Part shown: in pieces, positions 1-11,043 of the stretch
Numbering within the stretch: the first letter of the stretch is position 1
How the letters are laid out: the number at the start of each line of letters is the position of its first letter
DNA from: an uncultured Nitrospiraceae bacterium
GTDB taxonomy: Bacteria > Nitrospirota > Thermodesulfovibrionia > Thermodesulfovibrionales > Dissulfurispiraceae
DNA length: 64,000 nucleotides
Assembly: GCA_963727805.1 (NCBI GenBank)
Contig: CAVSHF010000003.1
Span: forward strand, 1,856,001-1,920,000
Reading direction: 5' to 3'
Made by a program: the position numbers and the translations under genes
The notes under the pieces: generated by a model
Databases searched by the model: none
The model's input: the letters and a program-made list of their open reading frames with translations, nothing else
Told to the model about the DNA's origin: nothing

Positions 1-1230
1 AGCAAAGGCAAAGAACTTCCCTGTTAAACGACTTGAATCTATCAGCTTAAGGATTTCGACACTGTTAATCTCTCTGAGGCTACCGGAGAAAAGTATCGTT
101 GACGGTCTTATTATGCTGTAACGCTTGAGGATATCCTCAATACTCTTTTCGATCAGCAACGGCAGTTCATCAGAAAAATACCTTCCCATAATCCGGTCCA
201 CAGCATCCTCTGTGTTGGCTCGGTTGGCAAGGGCGCCACCAGCAAAGGCCGGGGGAACTGGTTCCAGCATGACTTCAGTCGGCGCCATCTCCTTCAACGC
301 CTGCACGGCTTCAAAGTCAAATACGTTGAGGATTTCGGGCGTTGCCTCAGGCAATGACGGTGCTTCAGTACTCTCCACCTCGATTTGTTGCGTCGCAAGT
401 CCCTCGAGATTAAAATCAAAAGAGGATATGCTCAGATCGGCCTCTTCCATTCCACTCTGAAAGGAGGGTTGCGGTTCCTCAAGTGTCGCCAGATCATCAA
501 AAGATAACACTGGGGTCCCCTCGACCACTTCCCTTTCACCCTGAATCGAGGGCTGCGGCTCCTCAAGTGTCGCCAGATCATCAAAAGATAACACTGGGGC
601 CCCCTCACCCTCTTGTATGTCGCCGAATTCCGCTTCACGATGGATGCCGCTCTCTTCCATGGGATGGTCAAATTCGCTCAGAGCTTCAGGCATCTCAGCG
701 GGTGCCGGCATCTCAGCAACCTCACGGACTTCAGTCAATTCAGAAACTTCGTATTCGGGAACTGCTGCAGCCGCTACCTCTTCAAATGAATAGGAGGGAG
801 CCTCTTCTACAGGTTTTTCGAACGTATCAAAAACAGGTTCTTCTCCCAGCCTCTGCCTCTGCGCATTGATAATCGAGTTTACCTTTTCGACTAGCATTTC
901 GGATTTAAAAGGTTTTATAAAATAATCGTCAACAGCGAATTTTTCGGCAAACTTTTTCCCGACATCTTCACCTTTTCCAGTAATCAGGATGATCGGAATA
1001 TCTTTCAGAAGCTCGTTCTCTCGCGCAGATTTACAGAACTGATATCCGCTGATTCGCGGCATAATAAAATCGACGAGGATGACCGAGGGTCTCACTTCTT
1101 CAGATATCCGCAGCCCTTCTTCTCCGTCTTCCGCAGTATAGACCTTGTAGCCCTCTTCCTCCAGAGCCAGCTCGGCGAGTTTTCTGACAATTGGGCTGTC
1201 ATCTATGACGACAATCTTCTCTTTTGCCAT
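1..1230 (-). CDS. Response regulator: receiver domain, long acidic linker, start of a DUF4388/PATAN-like domain; runs off the left edge
   Basis: Manual translation from ATG at 1230: MAKEKIVVIDDSPIVRKLAELALEEEGY...VILVDFIMP...IILITG...YFIKPF (receiver motifs), Glu/Pro-rich linker, then FSGSLREINSVEILKLIDSSRLTGKF. No stop before base 1, so absent from the ORF track. Confidence 0.85.
   Translation of the reverse strand, partial: MAKEKIVVIDDSPIVRKLAELALEEEGYKVYTAEDGEEGLRISEEVRPSVILVDFIMPRISGYQFCKSARENELLKDIPIILITGKGEDVGKKFAEKFAVDDYFIKPFKSEMLVEKVNSIINAQRQRLGEEPVFDTFEKPVEEAPSYSFEEVAAAAVPEYEVSELTEVREVAEMPAPAEMPEALSEFDHPMEESGIHREAEFGDIQEGEGAPVLSFDDLATLEEPQPSIQGEREVVEGTPVLSFDDLATLEEPQPSFQSGMEEADLSISSFDFNLEGLATQQIEVESTEAPSLPEATPEILNVFDFEAVQALKEMAPTEVMLEPVPPAFAGGALANRANTEDAVDRIMGRYFSDELPLLIEKSIEDILKRYSIIRPSTILFSGSLREINSVEILKLIDSSRLTGKFFAFA
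457..606. repeat. Intragenic direct repeat, two copies of ~66 bp with 84-bp (28 aa) period
   Basis: 457-522 and 541-606 are nearly identical; both encode PVLSFDDLATLEEPQPS on the minus strand. Confidence 0.95.
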
Positions 1231-1433
1231 CTTCCCTCTCCTCGTTATGGGAATTTTTTACCATCTGCAACCGATTATCAACAAAAAAAGCTGCCCTCAG
1301 CCACAAAAAAAGGAGACATCTATTTCTTGTTGTAACAAAAATATATCACTGATAACAAATGATTGTCAATCATCGAACGTTTTAGTTGAAAGGCGAAGAG
1401 CCTTCTTTCAGCAAGCCAACGCCAACCCCTCCC

Positions 1434-2048
1434 TTAAATGATGACATTATACAGAAAATCTGCAACATTTGCTGTGATATCGCCCCTGAATATTCCAGAA
1501 GATGCCGCTACGCCGTCACATCCCACACTGAAAACCTGGGCTGCATTAGACGGATTAATCCCGCCTATGGCGATCACGGGTATTGCAATGGAATGCTTAA
1601 TCTCCAAAAGAGAGCCCGGACCTTTCGGGGTCCCTGCATCTTTAGTTGTCGTGGAAAAGATGGGACCGAAGCCGATATAATCAGCTCCTCCTTTTTCAGC
1701 TGCGAGCGCCTCTTTCAAATTGTGGGTGGAGACGCCGATGATCTTTCCGCTCATGATCATTCTCGCCTCACGCAGTGGCAGATCATCCTGTCCGATGTGG
1801 ACCCCGTCGGCCTCGACAGCGAGGGCTATATCGGCGAAGTCATTAACGATGAAGAGTGCTCCGAATCGTCCCGTCAGGTTGCGGAGCTTCCTTGCTTCGT
1901 GATAGAACTGCCTGCGTGTCCCGCTCTTCCTCCGGTATTGGACCCACCGGATACCCGCTTCAAGAGCGACTCTCACCGCTCCTTCGAGTCTTTCAGCATC
2001 TCCCCTGTCAGGAGTGATGAAACAAATCTGGCTAAGCTGTTTCCTCAT
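1434..2048 (-). CDS. thiE: Thiamine-phosphate synthase
   Basis: [48 protein letters not shown] motifs; likely start MRKQLSQ at 2048, overlapping the accC stop. Confidence 0.93.
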   Translation of the reverse strand: MRKQLSQICFITPDRGDAERLEGAVRVALEAGIRWVQYRRKSGTRRQFYHEARKLRNLTGRFGALFIVNDFADIALAVEADGVHIGQDDLPLREARMIMSGKIIGVSTHNLKEALAAEKGGADYIGFGPIFSTTTKDAGTPKGPGSLLEIKHSIAIPVIAIGGINPSNAAQVFSVGCDGVAASSGIFRGDITANVADFLYNVII

Positions 2049-3429
2049 CACTATTAACAGGTGCAGAAGATGCGTTGACGATTTTGCCAAGGGACATCTT
2101 TTCGATAAAATCAGTGTTGAAGTTACCCTTAATAAAATCGGGATGGTTAAATATTTTTTTATGGAAGGGAATCGTGGTCTTGATTCCCTCGATTTTGAAC
2201 TCGTCAAGGGCCCTGCGCATGCGGGAGATAGCCTCATCCCGTGTCTTGCCATGAACGATGAGCTTTGCAATCATAGAATCGTAGTATGGCGGGACCCACC
2301 AACCGGCAAATGCGGCACTATCCACCCGGACGCCCGGACCACCGGGGGGAAGGAAAAAAGTTATTTGTCCGGGCGAGGGAATGAATTTCTCTGGGTCTTC
2401 AGCATTTATCCTGCATTCGATGGCATGGCCGCTCGCCTTGATCTGGTTCTGCCGATACGAAAGCGGTAGCCCGGCAGAGATCTTTATCTGTTCCTTTATG
2501 ATATCGACGCCCGTCAGTTCTTCGGTGACGGGATGCTCGACCTGAACGCGAGTATTGACCTCCATAAAATAGATATTCTGTTCCTGGTCAACTATGAACT
2601 CGATGGTCCCAACATTCCTGTATTTCATCGCCTTTGCCGCCCTAACGGCAAGCTCGCCTATTCTCTTCCTGAACGATTCCGAAGACACAGGGGATGGTGA
2701 CTCTTCAATGAGTTTTTGGTGCCTCCTTTGTATAGAACAGTCCCTTTCCCCGAGGTGTATAACATCGCCTTTAGCGTCCACGATGATTTGTACTTCTATA
2801 TGGCGTATAGAGGGCAGATATTTTTCGACATAGAGCTCTCCGTTTCCAAAGGCGGCGAGGGCTTCCCTCTGGGCCATCAGAAAAGCTTGCTGGAGTTCCT
2901 GCTCCTCGCGCACAATTCTCATTCCCCTTCCACCGCCACCAGCAGAAGCCTTGAAAATCACTGGGAATCCTATCTTTTTAACCACCTTTATGGCCATTTC
3001 GTCGGAAAGCAGAGGTCCGTCACTGCCGGGCACTACAGGGATGCCTCTTCGCTTCATAACCTGTCGTGCCTTAGCCTTATCCCCGCCGATACGGATATTC
3101 TCCGCTGTAGGGCCGATAAAGGTTATCCCCGATGTTGCGCATGCCTCAGCAAAATGGGGGTTTTCGGAGAGAAAACCATAGCCGGGATGGATGGCTTCAG
3201 AATCGGTAATGTCTGCGGCACTTAAGATCGCCGGTATATTCAGATAGCTCTGCGTCGAGTTCGCAGGTCCGATGCAGATCGACTCATCGGCATACTTGAC
3301 ATGCAGCGCATCCCTTTCGATATCGGAGAAAACGGCAACAGCTTTTATTCCGAGTTCCTTGCAGGCCCTGATAATCCTAATGGCGATCTCCCCGCGGTTG
3401 GCAATAAGTATCTTTTTGAAGAGCGCCAT
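2032..3429 (-). CDS. accC: Acetyl-CoA carboxylase biotin carboxylase subunit
   Basis: [58 protein letters not shown]. Confidence 0.97.
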   Translation of the reverse strand: MALFKKILIANRGEIAIRIIRACKELGIKAVAVFSDIERDALHVKYADESICIGPANSTQSYLNIPAILSAADITDSEAIHPGYGFLSENPHFAEACATSGITFIGPTAENIRIGGDKAKARQVMKRRGIPVVPGSDGPLLSDEMAIKVVKKIGFPVIFKASAGGGGRGMRIVREEQELQQAFLMAQREALAAFGNGELYVEKYLPSIRHIEVQIIVDAKGDVIHLGERDCSIQRRHQKLIEESPSPVSSESFRKRIGELAVRAAKAMKYRNVGTIEFIVDQEQNIYFMEVNTRVQVEHPVTEELTGVDIIKEQIKISAGLPLSYRQNQIKASGHAIECRINAEDPEKFIPSPGQITFFLPPGGPGVRVDSAAFAGWWVPPYYDSMIAKLIVHGKTRDEAISRMRRALDEFKIEGIKTTIPFHKKIFNHPDFIKGNFNTDFIEKMSLGKIVNASSAPVNSDEETA

Positions 3430-3432
3430 ATG

Positions 3433-3870
3433 CTATCCCACCGGATCAACTAGAAAGAGCGGCTCGCCGTACTCGACAGGATGTCCGTTCTCGACGAGTA
3501 TCCTCGCTATAGCCCCATCCATTTCGCTTTCGATCTCGTTCATAAGTTTCATGGCCTCGATTACGCAGAGCACCTGTCCCTTCTTTACCCTCGCGCCGAC
3601 TTCGACAAAAGGTGAAGCATCCGGCGCCGGTGCCCGGTAAAAAGTACCCACGATCGGTGAGGCGACAGTGAGAAGGTTTCCTTCCACCTCAGAGATGATC
3701 ACTTCTTCCTTCACGGCTTTTCTTTCGAGCATGGACTGAGGGACCTCAATATGCCCGAAATATTTCTCCCTTTTGATCTTTATCTTGATCCCTTCTTTTT
3801 CGACCTGCAGTTCCGTGATATCAGTGTCTTTCAGCAGCCCTATCAATTCCTTTAAGTCCTCATGTTCCAT
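3433..3870 (-). CDS. accB: Biotin carboxyl carrier protein
   Basis: [11 protein letters not shown] and EAMKLMNEI biotinylation motif; start taken at MEHEDL after GGAGG. Confidence 0.96.
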   Translation of the reverse strand: MEHEDLKELIGLLKDTDITELQVEKEGIKIKIKREKYFGHIEVPQSMLERKAVKEEVIISEVEGNLLTVASPIVGTFYRAPAPDASPFVEVGARVKKGQVLCVIEAMKLMNEIESEMDGAIARILVENGHPVEYGEPLFLVDPVG

Positions 3871-3944
3871 TACTGTCCTCCGATTCGGTTGCCCGTTGTC
3901 CACTGCGCGTCACTACTAAATATCGGTAAAAAACACGGACGGAT

Positions 3945-4505
3945 TTACTTCACCTTCTCTATATATTCACAGGTCCTTGTATCGACCTTCAGGATGTCGC
4001 CCACCATGATATGGAAAGGGACCTTGACCATCGCGCCGGTTTCAAGTTTTGCCGGCTTGTTGCTGCCCGAAGCGGTATCACCTCGAAAGGCGGGTTCTGT
4101 CTCAACAACCGTAAGTTCGACGAACATCGGCGGCTCAACACTCATAGGCTGGTCGTTATAATAAAGAATGGATACCACCATATTTTCCTTGATGAATTTC
4201 TTTGCTTCACCGAGCTGTGCAACGGTCAAAGGAATCTGCTCGAAGGACTCTGTGTCCATAAAATAATGGAGATCGTCCTGCTCGTACAGATATTGCATCT
4301 TTTTTTCCTCAAGCTGCGGCGAATCAAATTTTTCTCCCGACCTGAACGTATCTTCAAGGACATTGCCGGTCCGTAGGCTCTTCAGTTTAGTCCTGATTAC
4401 AGCGCCTCCTCTTCCCATCTTCACATGCTGAAAATCAACGATCTCGCAGGGTTCCCCCTTGTATTCCAATTTTGCTCCCTTTCTGAAATCTGCAGTGCTA
4501 ATCAA
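3945..4505 (-). CDS. efp: Translation elongation factor P
   Basis: HVKMGRGGA loop, RGDTASG, KPAKLETG, VDTR; TTG start. Confidence 0.97.
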   Translation of the reverse strand: MISTADFRKGAKLEYKGEPCEIVDFQHVKMGRGGAVIRTKLKSLRTGNVLEDTFRSGEKFDSPQLEEKKMQYLYEQDDLHYFMDTESFEQIPLTVAQLGEAKKFIKENMVVSILYYNDQPMSVEPPMFVELTVVETEPAFRGDTASGSNKPAKLETGAMVKVPFHIMVGDILKVDTRTCEYIEKVK

Positions 4506-4532
4506 GCTTTCCTCCCTGATGATTGTTAGACA

Positions 4533-5609
4533 TTACCCATTTATTAATTCAAGTTTTCTGCTGAGCGTCGTCAGCGTACTGCCCTTATCGCCCTCAACAA
4601 GCACAAGATCTTCTATCCTCACGCCGCCGACACCGGGGACATAGATTCCAGGTTCTATGCTGAATACCATACCCACTGCAAGAGATTCACGACCGCTCCA
4701 AGATATCCGAGGCCCTTCATGGACGTCGAGACCGATTCCGTGGCCTGTCCCGTGACCGAAAAAATCACCATAGCCGGCGGCCTTAATAACCTGCCTCGCA
4801 GCGGTGTCGACTTCGGAGGATTGTCTACCCTCCCCGACCTCAAGGATAGCCCTTTGCCGGGCCCGGTTAACAATATCAAAAATCTTCTTTTTCCGGGCCA
4901 TGTCAGGGCCTGACATCAACAAGGTCCGAGTCATATCGGAATAATATCCGTCGGCCTCCCCGCCCCAGTCAATTATAACAAAATCTCCTTTTTCAATCTT
5001 CTTTTCGGTTTGACAAGCGTGGGGCATCGCAGAATGCTTTCCCGACGCAACAATAATATCAAAAGGTATTCTCCGGCATCCCCTTTTTTTTAGCTCTTCT
5101 TCAATCCCCAGTGCAACAGCCCTCTCGGTGATGCCAGGTTTGATCCGGGGCTTGACCTTCAAGAATGCTTCTTCAGCTCTTCTAATCGCCTCTTTAATAC
5201 TTTTCAACTCCCCCGAGTCCTTTATCATACGCAATTTTTCGATAAGGCCTCTTTGCGGTATTATAGCGATGGGTAATTTTCTCAGTTGATCATGGAAATC
5301 AAATGAAATACTCGACTCGAAACCGATGCGACGAATCCCCAGCTTTTTTACCAGTGCCCGGATGATCGGAATTCTCTTTCCTTTTTCGAGTCTCAGCTCG
5401 AAGTTCTGAACTTCTGATCCGGCCTGTTCCCTATAACGGAAATCGGTGAAAAAGAAAGCTCTGTCCTCGGTAACAAGAGCAAAGGCAGATGAACCGGTAA
5501 AGCCGGTCAGATACCTAATATTCTTGATATTGTTAACAAGGAAGGCATCGATCTTTTTCAGACTGATAGTGTGGCGGAGACCCTCAACTCTGGTCAGCAT
5601 ATTGCTCAC
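4533..5609 (-). CDS. Xaa-Pro peptidase (M24B, YqhT-like)
   Basis: Creatinase-type N-terminus (NIRYLTGFTGS, TDFRY), YYSDMTRT, HGTGHGIGLDVHE, EPGIY, GGVRIED; sits upstream of efp. Start approximate. Confidence 0.93.
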   Translation of the reverse strand: MSNMLTRVEGLRHTISLKKIDAFLVNNIKNIRYLTGFTGSSAFALVTEDRAFFFTDFRYREQAGSEVQNFELRLEKGKRIPIIRALVKKLGIRRIGFESSISFDFHDQLRKLPIAIIPQRGLIEKLRMIKDSGELKSIKEAIRRAEEAFLKVKPRIKPGITERAVALGIEEELKKRGCRRIPFDIIVASGKHSAMPHACQTEKKIEKGDFVIIDWGGEADGYYSDMTRTLLMSGPDMARKKKIFDIVNRARQRAILEVGEGRQSSEVDTAARQVIKAAGYGDFFGHGTGHGIGLDVHEGPRISWSGRESLAVGMVFSIEPGIYVPGVGGVRIEDLVLVEGDKGSTLTTLSRKLELING

Positions 5610-5636
5610 AGATTTCTCCTTGCCCCCTGCCAAAAA

Positions 5637-6059
5637 TCAGCGGTCTCCTACGGGCAGATCATCGAGAGAACCCGAAGCGAATCTTTTCTTGATAGCTTCC
5701 TGAAATCTATTCAAGCGCTCAATGGTCCTTTTGCTCGCAACATCCTTTGCTCCCCCCATTTTCGCATCGATCTCTTTGAGATAGCGGAGGGCAAACTTGT
5801 CCCCCGGGGACACTTCGAGGACAGCATAGAATTCCTTCCTAGCTTCGTCGAGCTTATCATCCTTAAGATACCAACGCCCAAGGGTGAGCCTGGCTGCAGC
5901 AAAGGCGGGGTTCTTTGCGATGCCTTCCTTAAGCACCATCCAGGCTTCTTCCTGTTCTCCCCTCTTTTTCAATTCTTCAGCAAGGGTCAGGATGAGCTTC
6001 GATCCGGGATTCTCAAGCACCCGCTCCCTGAGTTTCTCTATATAGTAATCAGCGTTCAT
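5637..6059 (-). CDS. TPR-repeat protein
   Basis: Helical TPR-like pattern (LAEELKKRG..EEA, ARLTLGRWY..LDEARKEF); embedded in the operon. Confidence 0.75.
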   Translation of the reverse strand: MNADYYIEKLRERVLENPGSKLILTLAEELKKRGEQEEAWMVLKEGIAKNPAFAAARLTLGRWYLKDDKLDEARKEFYAVLEVSPGDKFALRYLKEIDAKMGGAKDVASKRTIERLNRFQEAIKKRFASGSLDDLPVGDR

Positions 6060-7231
6060 CTTTTTCTTAGTTCGACTATCCGGTCAAAGATCGCTGAAGC
6101 AACCGCTTCTTTTGTCATCAAAGGAAGCGCCTTTTCACCCCCGACATCAAGGATCGTCACCTCATTGGTGTCCACATCGAAGCCAGCATCCTTTTTGGAC
6201 ACATTATTGAATACGATCATATCGGTTTTTTTTCTGACAAACTTTTTCCTCGCCCGGTCGATACGGTCACCTGTTTCGGCGGAAAAGCCCACCGTGAAAG
6301 GCCTTTTCTCAAGGGTTGATGTGGCGAGAAGTATATCGGGATTCATTTCCAGATTTAAAGAAAGACTTTCAGACCTCTCGATCTTCATCTCCTGGGCCTT
6401 TCCGGGTGTGAAGTCGGCGACCGCCGCGCACATAACAAAGATGGACGAATTAATAATATTTTCCATTACTGCCTTTTGCATTTCCGAAGCCGTTTCCACG
6501 CCGATCATCTTTACTTCATGCGGTGACTTCAAAGAAACGGGTCCGCTTATAAGCGTCACCTCGGCACCCCGCCTTTTTGCAATCTTCGCCAGGGCATATC
6601 CCATCCTGCCCGACGACCTGTTCGAAAGGAACCTCACCGGGTCAAGATATTCCCTCGTAGGTCCGGCGGTGACGAGGACATATTCACCTTTCAGGTCCTG
6701 TTCAACAATGGCGGTATGGACCGATTCCATAATCCTGTCAATCTCGGCCATCCGCCCTATTCCCTCCTCTCCGCAGGCAAGACTCCCCTTATCAGGACCA
6801 ACAGTCTTCACACCGAGCGAAGCGAGGTAATCGAGTTGCTTCCGAAGAATCGGGTTTTCATACATCCTCCAGTTCATGGCAGGTGCAAGGATGACGGTGC
6901 CGTTAAAAGCGAGGAGTGTCGTGCTGAGCATGTCGTCAGCGATTGCGCTCGCATATTTGCCGATGCTGTTCGCCGATGCCGGAGCAACTACAAAGAGATC
7001 GGCCCCGGCAGGCAAACTTATATGGGAAAGCGGATATTCGAACATGTCCGTATAAACTGTGTTTTGGGAAGCTATTTGCATTGACAGAGGCGTGATGAAG
7101 CGTTGTGAGGAGTCGGTCATAATCACGTTGACTGTAGCGCCATCCCGTCTCAACTCTTTGACAAGATCGAGGGTCTTATATGCAGCAACACTCCCGGTGA
7201 CACCGACAATTATTGACTTGCCTTTCAACAC
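6056..7231 (-). CDS. coaBC: Bifunctional phosphopantothenoylcysteine decarboxylase/ligase
   Basis: GVTGSVAAYK, APAMN, LACGEEGIGR, TAGPTREYLDPVRFLSNRSSGRMG, AAVADF, GFSAET. Confidence 0.97.
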   Translation of the reverse strand: MLKGKSIIVGVTGSVAAYKTLDLVKELRRDGATVNVIMTDSSQRFITPLSMQIASQNTVYTDMFEYPLSHISLPAGADLFVVAPASANSIGKYASAIADDMLSTTLLAFNGTVILAPAMNWRMYENPILRKQLDYLASLGVKTVGPDKGSLACGEEGIGRMAEIDRIMESVHTAIVEQDLKGEYVLVTAGPTREYLDPVRFLSNRSSGRMGYALAKIAKRRGAEVTLISGPVSLKSPHEVKMIGVETASEMQKAVMENIINSSIFVMCAAVADFTPGKAQEMKIERSESLSLNLEMNPDILLATSTLEKRPFTVGFSAETGDRIDRARKKFVRKKTDMIVFNNVSKKDAGFDVDTNEVTILDVGGEKALPLMTKEAVASAIFDRIVELRKR

Positions 7232-7291
7232 CGTTCTTTATCCTATGCCGGTATTTAAGCTGTCCGATACAGATTAATGAAGCCCTCTGCC

Positions 7292-7678
7292 TTATGACTC
7301 GTAATTCTCGTCGGTCTCGCTGAATAGTTCCTCCAGCACCCGCTCAGTAGTTTCTCTTTCGTGCAGATAGGTTTTAAGGTCCTTTTCGAGTTCCGAGATA
7401 TCGGTGATTGACTTTCTCTTGTCCTCGATAAGCTTTCTGAAGTCAATCTTGTCAGCCTTTTCCCGCGCTTCCGCAGCCTTTTCGCCAATCACAAATTTAA
7501 TCTCGCCCGAGATAGTCTCGAGAAGGGCGACAGTGCCGATCTTCTGCGCTTTTCTGGCAATGCGTGGCTCTGCCCCAAAAGCTAGTTCCCTAGCTCGTTG
7601 CGATGCAATCACGGCAAGACGGTATTTGCTTTCTATCTTCTTTTTATCGTATTCGATCGGAAGCGTGATTATGTCCAT
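7292..7678 (-). CDS. rpoZ: RNA polymerase omega subunit with C-terminal extension
   Basis: SKYRLAVIASQRAREL and VALLE motifs; located between gmk and coaBC. Confidence 0.92.
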   Translation of the reverse strand: MDIITLPIEYDKKKIESKYRLAVIASQRARELAFGAEPRIARKAQKIGTVALLETISGEIKFVIGEKAAEAREKADKIDFRKLIEDKRKSITDISELEKDLKTYLHERETTERVLEELFSETDENYES

Positions 7679-7679
7679 T

Positions 7680-8300
7680 CTAATCCTCCTTCAAAAATTG
7701 TTCCACTAGCCACTCATGATCGATTTTCGCGATCTTGTTCCTTTCGGCCGTAATAATGGAAGCAAAAACGCCAAAAGCCTCTTCAAAGAGGTCATTTACT
7801 ATAACATAATCGTAGTATTTATATTCGCCGATCTCTTCGCGCGCCTTTTTAAGTCGTCTTTCGATGACTTCCACCGAATCGCTCATCCGGTTGAAAAGGC
7901 GCTGCTCAAGAGCCGGCATTGAGGGCGGCAGGACGAATATCAGGATGCTGTCAGGATAATATTCCCTGATATGACGCGCTCCCTGCACGTCAATATCGAG
8001 TATAACATCAAGTCCCTCGTTAACGATGGCCTCGATGCGACCCTTTGAGGTGCCGTAAAAATTGCCGTGCACCTCAGCCCACTCGATAAATTCACCATGA
8101 GCAACCATCGTGTGGAATTTGTTATGGCCGACAAAGGTATAATGCACATCTGGTATCTCGTCCGGCCTCGGTGCCCTGGTCGTATAAGATACTGAATGCA
8201 TCAACCCCTGAAGTTCCACTCCGGCCCGCCTGCACAACGTGGTCTTCCCGGCACCCGAAGGTGCGGATACTACGAAAAGACTACCCTTCTTTATCGGCAT
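7680..8300 (-). CDS. gmk: Guanylate kinase
   Basis: [11 protein letters not shown]-loop, [24 protein letters not shown]; real start MPIKK at 8300. Confidence 0.97.
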   Translation of the reverse strand: MPIKKGSLFVVSAPSGAGKTTLCRRAGVELQGLMHSVSYTTRAPRPDEIPDVHYTFVGHNKFHTMVAHGEFIEWAEVHGNFYGTSKGRIEAIVNEGLDVILDIDVQGARHIREYYPDSILIFVLPPSMPALEQRLFNRMSDSVEVIERRLKKAREEIGEYKYYDYVIVNDLFEEAFGVFASIITAERNKIAKIDHEWLVEQFLKED

Positions 8301-8556
8301 TTCCACTCTCTCCCGAACCTCCAACAGGATTCGAGACGCGCTGAGCAATCGTCTCGACCTGCAGGGCCGATAGAACGACATGATCACTGTCGGTGATAAT
8401 AATAGACCGCGTCTTCCTGCCCTCAGTGGCATCGATTAGCTTGCCCCGCCCCTTTGCCTCTTCCCTCATCTTTTTGATGGGCAATGACCCCGGGCTGACG
8501 ACTGCGATGACCCGTCGCGATGAGATGACATTTCCGAAGCCGATATTAACAAGCAT
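8281..8556 (-). CDS. remA: DUF370 / RemA-family protein
   Basis: [33 protein letters not shown]; yicC-DUF370-gmk synteny. Confidence 0.93.
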   Translation of the reverse strand: MLVNIGFGNVISSRRVIAVVSPGSLPIKKMREEAKGRGKLIDATEGRKTRSIIITDSDHVVLSALQVETIAQRVSNPVGGSGESGNADKEG

Positions 8557-8584
8557 CGCGTCCCTACCTTATTGGATTTTCCGC

Positions 8585-9433
8585 CTACTGGATATTTTGG
8601 ACCTGTTCCCTGAGCTTTTCGAGTTCCGATTTTATGTCAAGGGTCAAGTTGATAATGTCGACATCATCGACTTTCGCGGCGATGGTGTTGACCTCTCGGT
8701 TTATCTCCTGGCAGAGGAAATCGAGTCTCCTGCCGACAGAGGCATCCGATGACAAAAAAGCACCAAACTGCCGGACATGGCTCCCAAGCCGCGCAAGCTC
8801 TTCGGATATATCGCCCTTCTGTGCGATAAAGGCGATTTCCTGCGCCATCCTTGTCTCGTCAGGCGGCGCGTTCTGGATCAGCTCAGCGATCCTTTTTGAA
8901 AGTTTCTCTTTATAGCTCTGTGTCATATTCTTGGAGGCCGCCTCGATACCGTCACGCTTTCCCGCGACAGTTTCAAGGCGCTGCCGGAGTTCTTTTTCGA
9001 GGGCGGTCCCTTCGTTCTTCCTCATCCCTTCGACCCTCGAGATGGCTTCTTTCACAGCTTTGAAGAGGGCATCCGTATTGTTCTCCGACTCTTCGGTCAG
9101 AAGCAATTCCCGATACCCCGAGAAAAAACCAATATCGAGTGAGCCCGGAAGGGCCAACTCCTTCTGGATTTCCGCAAACGCTTTATACATTTCACTTGCA
9201 AAGTCGATGTTGACTTTAACCTTCTTTCGCCTTTTATCGGTAAGAGATACTGAGACGTCGATCTTGCCCCGCTCAAAAGCCTCTTTCATGAGCTTCCTGA
9301 TCGGTATGTCCTGTTCCATCAGGAAAGAAGGAATTCTTACCGAGACATCGAGATATTTGTGGTTGAGGGAACGCACCTCGACCTTGAATCCTTCATTTTC
9401 TGCGGCGCCGTACCCAGTCATGCTTCGTATCAA
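8585..9433 (-). CDS. yicC: YicC/YloC family endoribonuclease
   Basis: MIRSMTGYG, EVRSLNHKYLD, DISEELARL, GRRLDFLCQEINREVNT, REQVQNIQ. Confidence 0.95.
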   Translation of the reverse strand: MIRSMTGYGAAENEGFKVEVRSLNHKYLDVSVRIPSFLMEQDIPIRKLMKEAFERGKIDVSVSLTDKRRKKVKVNIDFASEMYKAFAEIQKELALPGSLDIGFFSGYRELLLTEESENNTDALFKAVKEAISRVEGMRKNEGTALEKELRQRLETVAGKRDGIEAASKNMTQSYKEKLSKRIAELIQNAPPDETRMAQEIAFIAQKGDISEELARLGSHVRQFGAFLSSDASVGRRLDFLCQEINREVNTIAAKVDDVDIINLTLDIKSELEKLREQVQNIQ

Positions 9434-9693
9434 AGGTTCACTCCTCGCAGTTTGATAAGTTTATGACGCGACGATTCGCCCTTCATTATGATGACATCCC
9501 TCTTCCGGATGCCGAACTTTTCCGCTAGCAACTTAATAAGCAGTGCGTTGGCGGCACCTCCTACAGGAGGTGCCGTGAGCTTGATCCTGATAATTTTGCC
9601 CCCCGCACCAATAATCTCGTTTCGCGATGAACGGGGTTCGACCTTCACCTCGATGACGACACCATCCTTGGCCTGGCTATACGGAAGATCCAT
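9430..9693 (-). CDS. yggU: DUF167 (YggU) family protein
   Basis: VKVEPRSS, LTAPPVGGAAN, GESSRHK. Confidence 0.9.
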   Translation of the reverse strand: MDLPYSQAKDGVVIEVKVEPRSSRNEIIGAGGKIIRIKLTAPPVGGAANALLIKLLAEKFGIRKRDVIIMKGESSRHKLIKLRGVNL

Positions 9694-10549
9694 GGGCCCC
9701 TTCCGTCCAGAATTTATAATATACATCACCAACTACTATTGTGACAACGCTAAGAAGGACGCCTCCGAAGACATCAACGACATAGTGATACCGACAATAC
9801 ACCGTGGCGAAAATAAGGAGGATGACCGGAATTAATAGAAGGCGGAAAATGTTTCGGGCATATTTATATGAAAGAAAAAGTACGGTTAGAGCAATGCCGG
9901 TATGACCACTCGGGAAGGCATCGCGTTTCACCCCTTCGAGAAGGTTCAGAAAATCCTGTATCGGTTTTGATACCAGAAAACCTCCCACATCTGCTGTCTG
10001 AAGATGTTGCATGGCGTAACGGGGCCCAAGGGCCGGGAAGAGCATATAGCCGACATATGACAGATAAAAACAGAAAAGAATGAGGAAGAGGGATTTTTCA
10101 AAGACACCATTCTCGCCCCGCACCTTTAAAAAAACCCCTAATGAAATGGGCATGAAGTAATACGTCGAATAGGCGATTTCAAGTATGTCAGTAAGCGGGG
10201 GATAAATAAATCTTTCAAGATAAACCGTAGGATATCCACCAAAGATTAGATAGTCGAACCGAATTAGCAGGTAATCGATATCCTGAGGATTAATACGATG
10301 CACGATCAGTCCGAGGCTATCGAAGATTATCAGCACGCTCACTACGGGAAAGATAATATCCCGTGTTATTGCGAGAAACGAATTCATACCGCCAATACGA
10401 CTGAGGATGATCTGAAATAAAATGAGAGAACTAAAAATAATCATTAGATATCCCGCTGCTGGGACCACATGGTGAAAAAGTGCCGTGATGATCAAGAGAA
10501 GAAGGCTGAAAAATATGGTAAGAGTGTCTGCCGGCCTTAATCTGCTCAC
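9677..10549 (-). CDS. PAP2-family membrane phosphatase (AUR1/IPC-synthase-like)
   Basis: Multiple TM helices; FPALGPR, DAFPSGH, RYHYVVDV. Confidence 0.88.
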   Translation of the reverse strand: MSRLRPADTLTIFFSLLLLIITALFHHVVPAAGYLMIIFSSLILFQIILSRIGGMNSFLAITRDIIFPVVSVLIIFDSLGLIVHRINPQDIDYLLIRFDYLIFGGYPTVYLERFIYPPLTDILEIAYSTYYFMPISLGVFLKVRGENGVFEKSLFLILFCFYLSYVGYMLFPALGPRYAMQHLQTADVGGFLVSKPIQDFLNLLEGVKRDAFPSGHTGIALTVLFLSYKYARNIFRLLLIPVILLIFATVYCRYHYVVDVFGGVLLSVVTIVVGDVYYKFWTEGAHGSSV

Positions 10550-11043
10550 AACTTACCTAGAATCCTTCTAAGGGTCTTCTCCTTTTTTGAGGGCCTGAAG
10601 GGATTCCCTTTCCGTTCATGTCTTTCATCCTCGTCGTCCTCCTCGACTTCCCGGACTTCATCTGCGTTTATTCTATGCGTTCTCGTTATGATGTCCATGA
10701 ATCTTTCCGGTGCTACGGCCACTGATCCGGCAGCCCACGCATGGTCGGCGATGTCCCGGTCAGCAGTGACCACGATCCATTCCCTCCGCTCCTGGGTGAC
10801 GGTTTTTTTTATGACATCGTCAGCCCGTTCGCCAAGCCGTGTAAAGATCACTTTCACGTTGTCCCTGAATGATAGCTGCTGAGTTGCCATGCCATTTTTG
10901 TATCCGTCAAAGACGACCGTGATATCGTGATCTTTCACCTTACGGTATTCAATCACGGCATCTAGCAAAGTATCCCTCGCTTTCTCCATGTCCTTGTGGA
11001 AAATGCCGATGACGTTATATCCATCGATAATGATATGCGAAAT
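10546..11043 (-). CDS. NYN domain protein (YacP/Rae1-like), probable ATT start
   Basis: IIIDGYN motif lies upstream of the first ATG (10989); VVFDG, ADDVI, VVTADR follow; GGAGG 7 nt before ATT at 11043. Confidence 0.85.
   Translation of the reverse strand: MSHIIIDGYNVIGIFHKDMEKARDTLLDAVIEYRKVKDHDITVVFDGYKNGMATQQLSFRDNVKVIFTRLGERADDVIKKTVTQERREWIVVTADRDIADHAWAAGSVAVAPERFMDIITRTHRINADEVREVEEDDEDERHERKGNPFRPSKKEKTLRRILGKL

Noticed and set aside
457..606. Direct repeat as a mini CRISPR array
   Set aside because: Only two long copies, in-frame 84-bp period inside a CDS, no cas genes.
5571..6830. 419-aa plus-strand ORF and other long antisense ORFs
   Set aside because: Shadow frames of well-supported genes on the opposite strand.
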